Positions 7,740 to 17,563 are shown, counted from the stretch's first letter. The stretch: 49,782 nt of DNA from Ignavibacteriota bacterium (GCA_003819715.1 RPQN01000018.1:1-49782), one strand, 5' to 3'. Program-made: numbers and translations. Notes: generated by a model not told the origin, from the letters alone.

Positions 7740-9698
7740 TTACTTGAGCAACACCATACGCTGCACCTGCGATTGAGCGCCCTGTGTTCCTTGTGCACTG
7801 AGCCGGGCAAAATATATTCCCGATGCCGCGCTCGTGCCGTTCACCCGCCCGTTCCACTGAACGGAATACGAGCCGCTTGTTTGGTACACATTCACCAGAG
7901 TGCAGATGCATTGACCCTGAACATTATAAATAGATAAATCAACCTGTGCGGCCTGCGGAAGATGATACCGGATCGTAGTGCTCGGATTGAATGGATTGGG
8001 ATAATTCGGTTCCATCGCAAAGACATTCGGCTGCATACTGGAATTGCGATCCTCGACCGAGGTAAGGATTTCGAGCTTCTTTAATTCAATGCCGGACCCC
8101 GTTCCGAGATCGCGGGAATACTTCTGGTCGATTGCATTATCCCAGTGCTCGTGAACTCCCAGACTTCCAATCACCGTCCCGTCCCGTTCCGGGTCATACC
8201 GCACCCCTGCGGGCCAGAAAGAAGAATCGGCAGCCTGATACAGATGATCGTCAACGCCAACCATTTGCGGATAGGTCTCTGCATGTTTATCGCTCGTAAA
8301 TTCCGCTTTCAATATATCATAACAAACGGATTCCAATGCAATTGGATCCTGGGACACGAAAATTGAGGATGGCCAATCATTATTGAACGGCGGCATCTTG
8401 AATTTTACCGGTTTGACATTTGCACCGGGTCCGCCCCAGAGGCCGTCAACCACAAACAACATTGCATTACCGCCTAATTTTTTATGCCCCAGGAGATCGA
8501 CTAAAACACGATATTTATTAAATCCGAATCTGCTTCTCGCATTTCCTGCCGGCGCCACTCCATCCGGATTGGGGAGGCCCATATGCAAATGCATGGCATT
8601 TGTTCGTGTGTGCGATCCGAAGTTGCATTTTCCGATCAAAGTCATTCCCGCCCGTTCATGGACCTTGAGCGCAGCGACATAAATCAGATAATCGGTCTGT
8701 TCAAAGACAGAATATAATTTGTCAGCGGTAATGGGAATCCCTTTTGACATATCGCCCCAGTTCGGATCACCGGCTCGAAGCACCGCACCACGGTCCGCGT
8801 AAAATATCGAAGTGTCTGCCCCTGGAACCGACTGCGTGCGTCCGGTCCCGGCGCTTCGGCTGATATATTTGACATTGGGGAATTCCGCATGCCAGATATC
8901 GTAAAATTCGTTCTGACAATCATTCCCCGGATCGCCGACCGTAATATTGGCCTGAGGTATTCCGCAGCCATTGATCAGTTCGCGCATGATCGCCAGGACC
9001 GGCTGAGGCGCGGTTTTTGCCCACGTGAAAATATCTAATGAGGTAGTTACCTGGGTTGCCCCGACGGCATTGGTCTTGATAAATATTTTTTCCCCGGCTT
9101 GATAACCGACGGGGCCTTTTCCTTTTTTCATATTAAAGTAGACAAACAACGTATCCCAGGCTTTTTTCACATCCGATTTGCCGGTGAGACTGAGAATGGA
9201 GTTCGTCATCATATCATTCACGACACTCATATTTGTATTTTTCGACAAAAAATAGGCATCTCCAAATGTGCTATTGCTGCAATTTTCATTGGTTGCATTC
9301 GGATTTCTGGTCCACACCACACGGCCGGGGAAAATTCCTTTTGGAATTCCCCTGGGGGTATTGGCGGTATCGAGATAACTCGTACTTGCATAGACCGCCG
9401 GCTGATCAGCCTGAAACGCAAAAAATCCGGCAACCAGCGCAATCGCCATAAAGCCTGCCATCGCCCAGTAACGCGAATTTTTCCAATGATCCCTCATTTT
9501 GCCCAAGGCAAAGGCCGAGGTCGCCAGTCCAAGCAGATAGACGACAAAGGCGGAAGCCAGAGGATATGCGACCTGCATACAGGGATAGGTCGCCCGGCTC
9601 GGCTTTGGAATGACCCGGAGGAGAAACCAGATGGACGCCCCAATACCGATGAGCGGGAAAAATAATTTTGAGAGTACCGATTTCAGTTTCATATGCAC
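7740..9698 (-). CDS. DUF362-domain protein with membrane N-terminus and T9SS/FlgD-Ig C-terminal domain
   Basis: Motifs WFLLRVIPKPSRATYPC, GIFPGRVVW, GEKIFIKTN, LKVHERAGMTL..K.NFGSH, DPIALESV and NYPNPFNPSTTI. Confidence 0.78.
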   Translation of the reverse strand: MHMKLKSVLSKLFFPLIGIGASIWFLLRVIPKPSRATYPCMQVAYPLASAFVVYLLGLATSAFALGKMRDHWKNSRYWAMAGFMAIALVAGFFAFQADQPAVYASTSYLDTANTPRGIPKGIFPGRVVWTRNPNATNENCSNSTFGDAYFLSKNTNMSVVNDMMTNSILSLTGKSDVKKAWDTLFVYFNMKKGKGPVGYQAGEKIFIKTNAVGATQVTTSLDIFTWAKTAPQPVLAIMRELINGCGIPQANITVGDPGNDCQNEFYDIWHAEFPNVKYISRSAGTGRTQSVPGADTSIFYADRGAVLRAGDPNWGDMSKGIPITADKLYSVFEQTDYLIYVAALKVHERAGMTLIGKCNFGSHTRTNAMHLHMGLPNPDGVAPAGNARSRFGFNKYRVLVDLLGHKKLGGNAMLFVVDGLWGGPGANVKPVKFKMPPFNNDWPSSIFVSQDPIALESVCYDILKAEFTSDKHAETYPQMVGVDDHLYQAADSSFWPAGVRYDPERDGTVIGSLGVHEHWDNAIDQKYSRDLGTGSGIELKKLEILTSVEDRNSSMQPNVFAMEPNYPNPFNPSTTIRYHLPQAAQVDLSIYNVQGQCICTLVNVYQTSGSYSVQWNGRVNGTSAASGIYFARLSAQGTQGAQSQVQRMVLLK

Positions 9699-9705
9699 CT
9701 GCTCC

Positions 9706-11292
9706 TTATTTCATGAATATCATTTTCTTTGTATCTGTTCGTGTCGGTGTTTGAAGTATATAAAAATATATTCCGCTGGATAACCGTGAAGCATCAAATG
9801 TTACACTCTGTTCCTTCTGACGTTCTGCCAGGCCATTGAAGAGGCTCGCGATCTCCTGTCCATATATATTATAGACCGTCAGCGTGGCATGTTCTGTGCT
9901 GGAGAGTACAAAAGAGATTTTTGTACTGGGATTGAATGGATTTGGATAATTCTGTGATAACACAAATCCGGCGGCCATGCCCGAAGATGCCGGCTCGACA
10001 GAAGTCGGCAAACCGGAAACATCCAGCGTATCGAGGATTCCCATGTATTCATTTTTCGTATTATACAATCGGATTGCCGCCGTCTTCGCACTGTTGGGGA
10101 TTCCCAGGGTCTCCTGCAATTGAAATTCCGTAAGAGGAGTGATTGCATGGGATTGTCCTTCAGCCAGAGCCTGTCCTTGCGCATTGACCAATACGATCTT
10201 CGCGGTGCCGGTGTAGAAGACACCATAGATTCCGGAAAAACTATGCGTCGTGGAATTATAAGATAATCTCCCGGCGATCGCGCCGACCGAGTCCACATCC
10301 AGAATCGGCGCCCGGACTTTAGCAGCCCACCAATTTTCCGTGAACGTAGAATTTCCACCGTTGGCCGTAAGCAGAACGACCGGTCCTTTCACTTCAACTT
10401 CCATGTAAAGTGGAATTCCCGCGCCGCTGACGTACACTGTCGTGCGCGCGCCGCCGTCAGGATATTGCCTGCCTTCGAAAACCGGGAAGGTTCTTGCAAA
10501 CACGACCGTATCCGACAAACTGGTATAGGCAATCCAGCCCTTTGCCGGATCGGCAAATACTTTTTTACTGCTTGAAGCAAACTGAACACCATAGATCCCC
10601 GGGACAACTTCTCCCAGCCACGCTGAACTTGCACCATCATACTGAATGCCGTTCGCTCCGTAAACACTGTTGGGATTGAGAGGAAAATACGCCCGGAAAT
10701 TCGTGTAATCTGACTTGCCGGTATGGTTCACAATGGCCGGCGCGATACTCCACATACCCCAGCTGGTATCTTTCGTCCCCTTGTTGATAAGAGTTTGCTC
10801 CATCCGGACCCGGGTCGTACCGGAAAAAAGTGTTGCCCGCCGCTTGAACTGAATATTCGCCGCAGCCCATTTCTCTATGGGGCTCAACACTGTGAGCGAG
10901 ACAGAATCGTTCGTCTGGGTTGCTTCCAAAATCGAGTAGGCACCAAAATCCAGCGTGGGGGGCGGCGGCCAGGTGCCGGGCCAGAGGTTTTGAGGCGAAG
11001 GCCAGTTCTTATATCCGCCAAAATTATAGTATAAACCGTTTGCAGGCGTGTACTTTTTCCCGAACAAGCTCGGGTTCACCATCAGAGATGGAAGGCTCCC
11101 TAAATCGTACTGCATCACCCGTGCACCGATCGCCGGCACCGTGGCCATGGTGATCAGTTCATTCTGCATGACGATGGTGGTATCCCAGCCCCATTGCTTG
11201 TAATTGGAGACGGTGTGCATGGTGACGCCCGGGGTCTGGCCGTACACCATCGCGGAACAGAAACAAACGATGAAGAGACTCAGTTTTCGCAT
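9706..11292 (-). CDS. DUF4380-like (mutarotase-like fold) secreted protein with T9SS C-terminal domain
   Basis: Signal peptide. Motifs VPAIGARVMQY, NFGGYKNWPSPQ, YPDGGA, YMEVEV and QNYPNPFNPST. Confidence 0.68.
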   Translation of the reverse strand: MRKLSLFIVCFCSAMVYGQTPGVTMHTVSNYKQWGWDTTIVMQNELITMATVPAIGARVMQYDLGSLPSLMVNPSLFGKKYTPANGLYYNFGGYKNWPSPQNLWPGTWPPPPTLDFGAYSILEATQTNDSVSLTVLSPIEKWAAANIQFKRRATLFSGTTRVRMEQTLINKGTKDTSWGMWSIAPAIVNHTGKSDYTNFRAYFPLNPNSVYGANGIQYDGASSAWLGEVVPGIYGVQFASSSKKVFADPAKGWIAYTSLSDTVVFARTFPVFEGRQYPDGGARTTVYVSGAGIPLYMEVEVKGPVVLLTANGGNSTFTENWWAAKVRAPILDVDSVGAIAGRLSYNSTTHSFSGIYGVFYTGTAKIVLVNAQGQALAEGQSHAITPLTEFQLQETLGIPNSAKTAAIRLYNTKNEYMGILDTLDVSGLPTSVEPASSGMAAGFVLSQNYPNPFNPSTKISFVLSSTEHATLTVYNIYGQEIASLFNGLAERQKEQSVTFDASRLSSGIYFYILQTPTRTDTKKMIFMK

Positions 11293-11383
11293 GAGATCAT
11301 TCTCTCTGATGGTTGAGTGAATGCGCTGAACAAGAAATTATTACGGGAACCGATCACGGACGACTCGCGAGATGAAGCGACCA

Positions 11384-11418
11384 TGGATCTTTTCCCGTTC
11401 TCAACGGGAAAAGATCCA
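11384..11418. repeat. Perfect 16-bp inverted repeat with 3-nt loop
   Basis: TGGATCTTTTCCCGTT-CTC-AACGGGAAAAGATCCA between two co-oriented genes. Confidence 0.8.
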
Positions 11419-11470
11419 CCGGAAGACATGAAATTCGTTCATGATGCAGCTTCACGCCGCTTCGATGAAT

Positions 11471-13492
11471 TTATTTCAGCAGCAGCATCTTTGCCGATCG
11501 AACGAACGTCTTTCCATCCGCCAGCGACGATGCAGCCACCCGATAGACATAGACGCCGCTGGACAATGAACTGCCGCGTTCGTTCGTTCCGTTCCACACC
11601 ACTTTTTGATACCCCGCCGATTGTGCGCCGACGGTGAACGATTTCAGCTCACGGCCCTGCAAATCGAAAATGGTGATCACGACGGAAGATTTCTCGGGCA
11701 GGGAATATGCGATCGTGGTGCTCGGATTGAACGGGTTGGGATAGTTCTGGTAAATCCTGAAATACTCGGGAGCGTTCTCAACGTCGGCAACGCTGGTGGC
11801 CGTTTGTTCCGTCTCGACCAATTCGATGCCGGTGCCCGACGTCGGATTGAGGTTCCGCGAATATTTCATGTCGGTCGCATTGTCCCAGTGTTCATGTGTG
11901 CCGAGGCTGTACACATGCTGGCCCGAGTTATCCGGATCGTACTTAATCCCGACCGGCCAGTTGTTCGAGTCCGCCGCCTGATGGAGATAATCGTCAACGC
12001 CCGGCATTTGCGCCGAGGCGTCGAAGCCGCTGACATCGGTGAATTCCGTTCTGAGGAAATCGTAACCGACGGATTCAATCGCCACCGGGTCAAGAGAGAC
12101 AAACATCGACGACATGAACGTATTGTTGAAGGGAGCCATCTGCCATTTCCGGGGGATGTCCAGTTCGTACGATGTCGCCCAGAGTGCATCCATAATATAG
12201 ATGAGGTTTTTGGCGCCCAGGAATTTGTGCGTAATGAGATCGACCTGTATGCGGTACATCCCGTAATCCGAACGCATCGTCGGATCTATCGCTGTGCCAA
12301 ACGGACGCACCAAGCCCATGTGAAGATGTCCGGCATCGCCGCGCGTATGAGATCCAAAATGATTTTTTGCAAACATGGTGATTCCGCCGCGCTGATGGCC
12401 CTTCAACTGGGGAATATTGATCATATACTCCGCAGTCTCAAAAATGGTGTACAGATAATCCTGAATAACCGGGACCCGGTTCGTGCTGCCGGGGCTCATG
12501 GAATTTGTCAGGAGCACCGATCCTTTGTCGGAATACGTAATTTTTGCAGTCGTGCTGGCGACCACTTTTTCTCTTCCCAGAGTCGTAAGGTTATAGTCGA
12601 GATAATGGACATTGGGGAATTCCCCATGCCACGCATCATAGAGATGTTTGTAGATATGCTTCATCGGATCGCCGACATAAATATCGGTTTGTGCAACACC
12701 GACGACATTCACAAGCTGGCGAAGCACGGTAAGAACCGGCGCAACCGATGTCTCGGAGATATACTGGTTCGGCGTCATGTTCGAAGTATTGAAGTTGCCG
12801 CTCCAGGCGCTTGTGGCATTGGTTTTAATAAAGATCTTTTCGCCCGGTTTATAATTCACAGGACCTTTGCCCCGCTTCGTATTATGGAACTGGAAGACCA
12901 TTCTCCAGGCAGCGCTGTCGGATGTCTGGCCGGTGATGCTGTGCAGGCCGGAGGAGATCATCTTATCAACGGTCGCCTGATTATTGTTCTCTCTCAGGTA
13001 CCATGCATGTCCCGCCTGGTTGACAACGCATTTCTGGTTCACGGCGCTGGTATCATGAATCCAGACCACGCGTCCCGGGAAAATCCCTTTTCCCACCCCC
13101 ATCGGCTGATTCGACGCAACGCTGATTGTCGGAAACTTCTGGAAGTTATCCGGTTCAGCGTAATAGGAGCCGCTGATCCCGAAGACGACAAAAGCCCCGA
13201 GGAAAAATACCGGATAATACCGTAACGATTGTTTTGACCGGAATAATGCGATGCCGGAGATCGCCAGCATCACCAGGTAACCGATGAATCCGGAGGCAAT
13301 CGGCATGGCAGTTCGAACACACGGATACGATAAGCGGCTGGGCTTAGGAATGACGCGAAGAAGGATCCAGACCATTGCAGCAATACCGATGACCGGGAAC
13401 AACAGCCGCGAGAAGCCGTTCAGCCGGCCGACACCGATGAATTTTCCAGTCTGAGGACAGAATTTCAGGTACTTTGTAACGAAGTTTTTCAT
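11471..13492 (-). CDS. DUF362-domain protein with T9SS C-terminal domain (paralogue of 7740..9698)
   Basis: Motifs WILLRVIPKPSRLSYPC, GIFPGRVVW, GEKIFIKTN, LKGHQRGGITMFAKNHFGSH, DPVAIESVGYD and QNYPNPFNPST. Start at 13492 is inferred; the ORF extends to 13567. Confidence 0.78.
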   Translation of the reverse strand: MKNFVTKYLKFCPQTGKFIGVGRLNGFSRLLFPVIGIAAMVWILLRVIPKPSRLSYPCVRTAMPIASGFIGYLVMLAISGIALFRSKQSLRYYPVFFLGAFVVFGISGSYYAEPDNFQKFPTISVASNQPMGVGKGIFPGRVVWIHDTSAVNQKCVVNQAGHAWYLRENNNQATVDKMISSGLHSITGQTSDSAAWRMVFQFHNTKRGKGPVNYKPGEKIFIKTNATSAWSGNFNTSNMTPNQYISETSVAPVLTVLRQLVNVVGVAQTDIYVGDPMKHIYKHLYDAWHGEFPNVHYLDYNLTTLGREKVVASTTAKITYSDKGSVLLTNSMSPGSTNRVPVIQDYLYTIFETAEYMINIPQLKGHQRGGITMFAKNHFGSHTRGDAGHLHMGLVRPFGTAIDPTMRSDYGMYRIQVDLITHKFLGAKNLIYIMDALWATSYELDIPRKWQMAPFNNTFMSSMFVSLDPVAIESVGYDFLRTEFTDVSGFDASAQMPGVDDYLHQAADSNNWPVGIKYDPDNSGQHVYSLGTHEHWDNATDMKYSRNLNPTSGTGIELVETEQTATSVADVENAPEYFRIYQNYPNPFNPSTTIAYSLPEKSSVVITIFDLQGRELKSFTVGAQSAGYQKVVWNGTNERGSSLSSGVYVYRVAASSLADGKTFVRSAKMLLLK

Positions 13493-13821
13493 ATGAATAA
13501 TTCCGGATGCAAATCCGCCTTTCCAATGAAGATTGAACCACGTTGTGAATTTATCGGAGCGATCCATTGCTCGGGATCATGAATGAAATCCATGGTCATT
13601 TTATAATACTAATATTTTGTTCGATAAACATGTGCTCAGCCGCACTTCCGGGAATATCTCGAGGCGGAATATTCTTCAAGGGAAAAATCATCACGGAAGT
13701 ATTTCGAGGTAATTCACATGGAGGTTAAAGAAAATTATTCCTATTTTTTATAAAGTACAGGGGACGTTGTATCAAAAAAAGGAATACGGCAATTTCGAAA
13801 CAAAACAGAGGATTAACGCTC

Positions 13822-14883
13822 ATGAAACTTTCGCTTCTCAGCAGGATTTTTATTTTCGATGTATTCTTCACTGTTCTCGCGCTGGTGGTGGTCTGGGTCT
13901 TCCTGCGTCCCCAATACGAAGATCGGCTCATCACCGAACACCGGAATAGCCTCCGGCAAATGCAATCCTACGCCCTCGCTGACCTTGATCAAATCATTGC
14001 CGGCTGGTCTGATGTGACAAAATTTATCGCGGCCCAGGTGAACGAGCGTCCGAAAGAAGGAGAAATCGTACTCCGATCCATGGTCGCGCTGCATCCGGAG
14101 ATTGTTCAAATAAAAATTCATTCTCCGCAGCTCGTCGATGAACTGAGCAGTCAGAATACATTGTATCCGCCTCCTCATGTCCAGGTGATGGACAGCAACG
14201 GGATTCGTTCGAACGTGGATTCCCTTCTTATGTTTTACTGGGCTCAGGATTCTTTGGACCGGCAGCACTATCTTGTGACCAGAACGAATATTCAAGTCGA
14301 GAACCATCCGTTTAACCTGACCGTGATCTGGGATGCAAAGGAACTGGTGACCGTTTTTTCCAAATTGCCGTTTGGTGAAGGATATTCTGCGAGTATTCGA
14401 AGTGTCTCTTCAGTACTGCTGGAGCATCATTCCTCGTTCAAACCATTGGAGAGCCGGACGGCCCCCGGCAGCGAAGCAACCGTGCAGCGTGTACGCCAGG
14501 ACAAATCTGATTGGAGTGTGTTGACGGGTGCGTTTCGAACTGCTCAACTCTGGTTGGTCGTCGCCGTTCCCGAACAGTCGATGCTCCTCCCGGTGGAGGA
14601 ATTACTGCGCGCCATAACCGTGTGCATCATCGGACTGGCTTTCATCGTGCTCCTTCTCGGCTGGATTCTTTCGTCTCAGATTAAACGGCCGGTCCGCCGG
14701 CTGGTCCGGGATGTGCAGAACCTTCACGAGATGGATTTTACGCAGACAATCCAGGTACCCGCGATAAAAGATTTACGCGGCATGGGAGAAGCGCTTGAGC
14801 AGCTGCGACAGATGATGGAGCTGAACATGCCTCCGCGGGAAAAAAGCGAAGGGCAGGAAAGCGATTCCGAACCGAACGTGTAG
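13822..14883 (+). CDS. Two-TM sensor-like protein (Cache-like periplasmic domain plus HAMP) with no output domain
   Basis: N-terminal TM, ~230-aa loop ending WLVVAVPE, second TM, HAMP-like IKRPVRRL...DLRGMGEALEQL, then a short tail. Confidence 0.65.
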   Translation: MKLSLLSRIFIFDVFFTVLALVVVWVFLRPQYEDRLITEHRNSLRQMQSYALADLDQIIAGWSDVTKFIAAQVNERPKEGEIVLRSMVALHPEIVQIKIHSPQLVDELSSQNTLYPPPHVQVMDSNGIRSNVDSLLMFYWAQDSLDRQHYLVTRTNIQVENHPFNLTVIWDAKELVTVFSKLPFGEGYSASIRSVSSVLLEHHSSFKPLESRTAPGSEATVQRVRQDKSDWSVLTGAFRTAQLWLVVAVPEQSMLLPVEELLRAITVCIIGLAFIVLLLGWILSSQIKRPVRRLVRDVQNLHEMDFTQTIQVPAIKDLRGMGEALEQLRQMMELNMPPREKSEGQESDSEPNV

Positions 14884-14901
14884 CCGTACCGATTGTGGTC
14901 T

Positions 14902-14926
14902 GCGGCGCATGACCCGCCTGCGCCGC
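14902..14926. terminator. GC hairpin between convergent genes
   Basis: GCGGCGCA-N9-TGCGCCGC, without a clear U tract. Confidence 0.4.
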
Positions 14927-14935
14927 GGATCGATG

Positions 14936-15508
14936 TTACAGCTTGTTCCAGCTCAGTCGATCACCCTCTTTAATTCCAAACTTATCGGTAAAGCCGGCAT
15001 TGACTTCAAGTACAAGGAGTGTCATTGCCGTGGCAGAATAGGACTGCTCGGAAAACGGAGTGGTATTCCTGCAAATGGTGACGATCACACCATCCCGGTT
15101 GATGAAAATCATATCGAGCGGGAGGATGGTATTCTTCATCCAGAATGAAGCGATTTGTTCCTGTTCAAGGAGAAAGAGCATCCCCTGCCGCTCTTCCATC
15201 ACCGGCCGCCCCATCAGCCCGATCTCCCGTCTCGTGTCGTCATCGGCAATCTCAATATCAAGAGAGACAATGGGCTTGTTGTCGCGATTTGAAATGGTGC
15301 ACCCGCCCTCCTTTTTAAACATCGGAGCGATGGCAGGGCCTGATGTCTCGGTTGTGTTTTTCTTAGGCATAAAAATTATAATGAGCGCGACGGCAATAAC
15401 CGCCAATGAAACGCCAATCTGGAGACGCCGCTTTGATTTCGGCTGGGCCTCTTTATTCTGATCTGCGAATCTGTTTTTTTTTGACATGGATTTCTTCATT
15501 CGGCGCAT
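14936..15508 (-). CDS. DUF192 family protein
   Basis: Motifs EIADD..RE.GLM, GMLF, FWMKNTILPLDMIFI and VLEVNAG. One TM segment. Exact start uncertain. Confidence 0.88.
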   Translation of the reverse strand: MRRMKKSMSKKNRFADQNKEAQPKSKRRLQIGVSLAVIAVALIIIFMPKKNTTETSGPAIAPMFKKEGGCTISNRDNKPIVSLDIEIADDDTRREIGLMGRPVMEERQGMLFLLEQEQIASFWMKNTILPLDMIFINRDGVIVTICRNTTPFSEQSYSATAMTLLVLEVNAGFTDKFGIKEGDRLSWNKL

Positions 15509-15517
15509 GGTGAGGAA

Positions 15518-17215
15518 TCAGCGAATGCTCCCCGCCGTTTTCGGCACGAGCGTATACTGCGGTTCAATATCTATCGGGAGTGATCCGAGCTTCTCGAGTC
15601 CCCGCTGCATGGCCGGGCGGACCACCGCATACTTTTGAATCAATGCTTGTGCCTTCTCGTACGAACCTTCGGCTTCAATCGTAAGAATGTCACCGGTTAA
15701 TTTTTTCACCGCATCCTTTATTTTGAGCATATCGATGCTGAATGTCCCTGCCGGTTCATTCATCCTGATAGCGCCTGCATCGGTGAGCACATTGAACTGG
15801 ATCGCGACTCCCTTTCCATGCGCTTCGTTGACGCCGAACCGGACCGAACGAAACATGCTGGCAAGAAATGTCGTGTACATTTCCTGTTCCATCCGTTTCT
15901 CGAGGAGCCCCCGATCAATAAGAAACTGCAGCGCGAAGAGCCCCGTGATATCGGCCTTTGCTTCTTCGATGGCGGAGTAGAGTTCCTTCAATTCCTGCCG
16001 GACATTCGTCTCTTTTCCATTGACGGAAATATTGTGCGGGCCCAGCCCGTGCATCAGCTCATGGGCGAGGATATGAGTGAAAAACGCATTGAACGAGACA
16101 TCGGCCTGCTGATCCTGCGCGAGCACGAGTTTTGAAATCGGCAGGAGTATTTTATTGAATTTTGCCTCCTGCATATTTTTCAGCATCACGCGCTTCGATC
16201 CTTTTTCGCGGATGACCCGTTCGTCATTCGGCAGGTTAAATGCCGCCGTCTGCACCCCGCGGTTCCCTTCCCCGGCGGCATAGATCACATCCACCACACG
16301 GATCGGCGACAGCGCAGCAAGTTTCGGATTGCGGTACTTCGCATCGAACGGAAGATTGTTTTCGATCTCCTGCAAATACCCGCTGAATTTTTCCAGCTTT
16401 GCAGACTCCGTTTCATCGCGCAGTGTGACAAACACTTCAAATGCCGCTTTATAATTAAACAACTCGTCCATATACGTCTCATAAGGGCCGATGGTCAACT
16501 CGATCGGCGCATCAAGCTCCATCCATGCGACATCGCTGGCGTAATAATCGTTGCTGCCGAATGCATCCGCCCTTGCAGTAAGAAATTTTTTCAGAGTGGT
16601 GTTGTCTGTCGACCGCGCCGCTTCCTGTAACAGCGCTGCCGCCGGTTTCAGCCATTCGCGGTATTCGCTGCTGTACGGAATGACCTGCAGGTGTCCGCCC
16701 GCGGCACGCCGAACAGTATAAAAAAAGCCTGTTGCGTTCTCCCGTTCCTGTTCATTCAATCCTTTGATCCACGTCGAAAATTCTTCTTTCGACATATCCT
16801 CCGGATAGTAGTTCGCTCCTGCCGGTTTTTCTTTTGGCGCCCCGTTGATGAACGACGCGTTGTTATCCAGCAGCGACCATGGCCCCATATTGATCCGGAA
16901 ATAATGGAGCAATTCTTTACCTTCCGTTGTCGAATCGGTTTCTAACTTCTTTAACCGTTCCACGTTCCCGCTCCACACTTGACGCAGGAACATCGGATCC
17001 AGCAATTGAGCCGCTTCAATGATTTTATGTAATGCTTTTGTATCGCCGGGGGAGAGGCCGGCGACATCAGCGGAAATTTCTGTCGGAGCAAAACGGGCGA
17101 TTTTCTGTTCGAGAGTCATTGCAGGCGATGTCTTGGTTGATTCCTGTTTCCTACAGGAAACGAGTGAGACAGCAAGCACTACTGCCGCAGCGGAAATGAT
17201 GATGGTGGGTTTCAT
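15518..17215 (-). CDS. Peptidase M49 (dipeptidyl-peptidase III-like) lipoprotein
   Basis: Lipobox LVSC. Motifs IGPYETY.D, QTAAFNLPND, HELMHGLG and EEAKAD. Confidence 0.85.
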   Translation of the reverse strand: MKPTIIISAAAVVLAVSLVSCRKQESTKTSPAMTLEQKIARFAPTEISADVAGLSPGDTKALHKIIEAAQLLDPMFLRQVWSGNVERLKKLETDSTTEGKELLHYFRINMGPWSLLDNNASFINGAPKEKPAGANYYPEDMSKEEFSTWIKGLNEQERENATGFFYTVRRAAGGHLQVIPYSSEYREWLKPAAALLQEAARSTDNTTLKKFLTARADAFGSNDYYASDVAWMELDAPIELTIGPYETYMDELFNYKAAFEVFVTLRDETESAKLEKFSGYLQEIENNLPFDAKYRNPKLAALSPIRVVDVIYAAGEGNRGVQTAAFNLPNDERVIREKGSKRVMLKNMQEAKFNKILLPISKLVLAQDQQADVSFNAFFTHILAHELMHGLGPHNISVNGKETNVRQELKELYSAIEEAKADITGLFALQFLIDRGLLEKRMEQEMYTTFLASMFRSVRFGVNEAHGKGVAIQFNVLTDAGAIRMNEPAGTFSIDMLKIKDAVKKLTGDILTIEAEGSYEKAQALIQKYAVVRPAMQRGLEKLGSLPIDIEPQYTLVPKTAGSIR

Positions 17216-17321
17216 GTCGATTCATCAATGTTAATAGTTCATATGAACGGGTTTTGAATTGTTTATAATTTGAGAAATGGATACGGGAAAAGCAAGAAGG
17301 ACGACACGAATAAACACGAAT

Positions 17322-17352
17322 AAAAAAGCCGGGAAAGAATGCTTGGCTTTTT
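17322..17352. terminator. Probable intrinsic terminator
   Basis: AAAAAAGCCGGG...CTTGGCTTTTT, an imperfect stem flanked by A and T tracts. Confidence 0.5.
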
Positions 17353-17359
17353 CCCTGCT

Positions 17360-17563
17360 TTACGGCACTTTAGAAATTTCTTCCTTTTCTCGTGTATACA
17401 GCAAAGCCATCACTTTCGGGTCTCGTTCCAGATTACCAGCGATAAATGATTCCCGAAGAGTAATGCATTTCTCTTTGACATTGTTGACCATTTCTTTGTT
17501 ATCCGGGCTTCTCGCAGCCAATTCTTTTATACGAACCAAGACATGCGTTCCTGAGTTTGTCAC
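17360..17563 (-). CDS. Small hypothetical protein, in frame directly after the upstream TAG
   Basis: 67-aa ORF whose GTG abuts the upstream stop; it ends just before the terminator. Confidence 0.35.
   Translation of the reverse strand: MTNSGTHVLVRIKELAARSPDNKEMVNNVKEKCITLRESFIAGNLERDPKVMALLYTREKEEISKVP

Noticed and set aside
11606-13225. 539-aa plus-strand ORF
   Set aside because: Shadow ORF opposite the DUF362 gene. The paralogue has no equivalent intact antisense frame.
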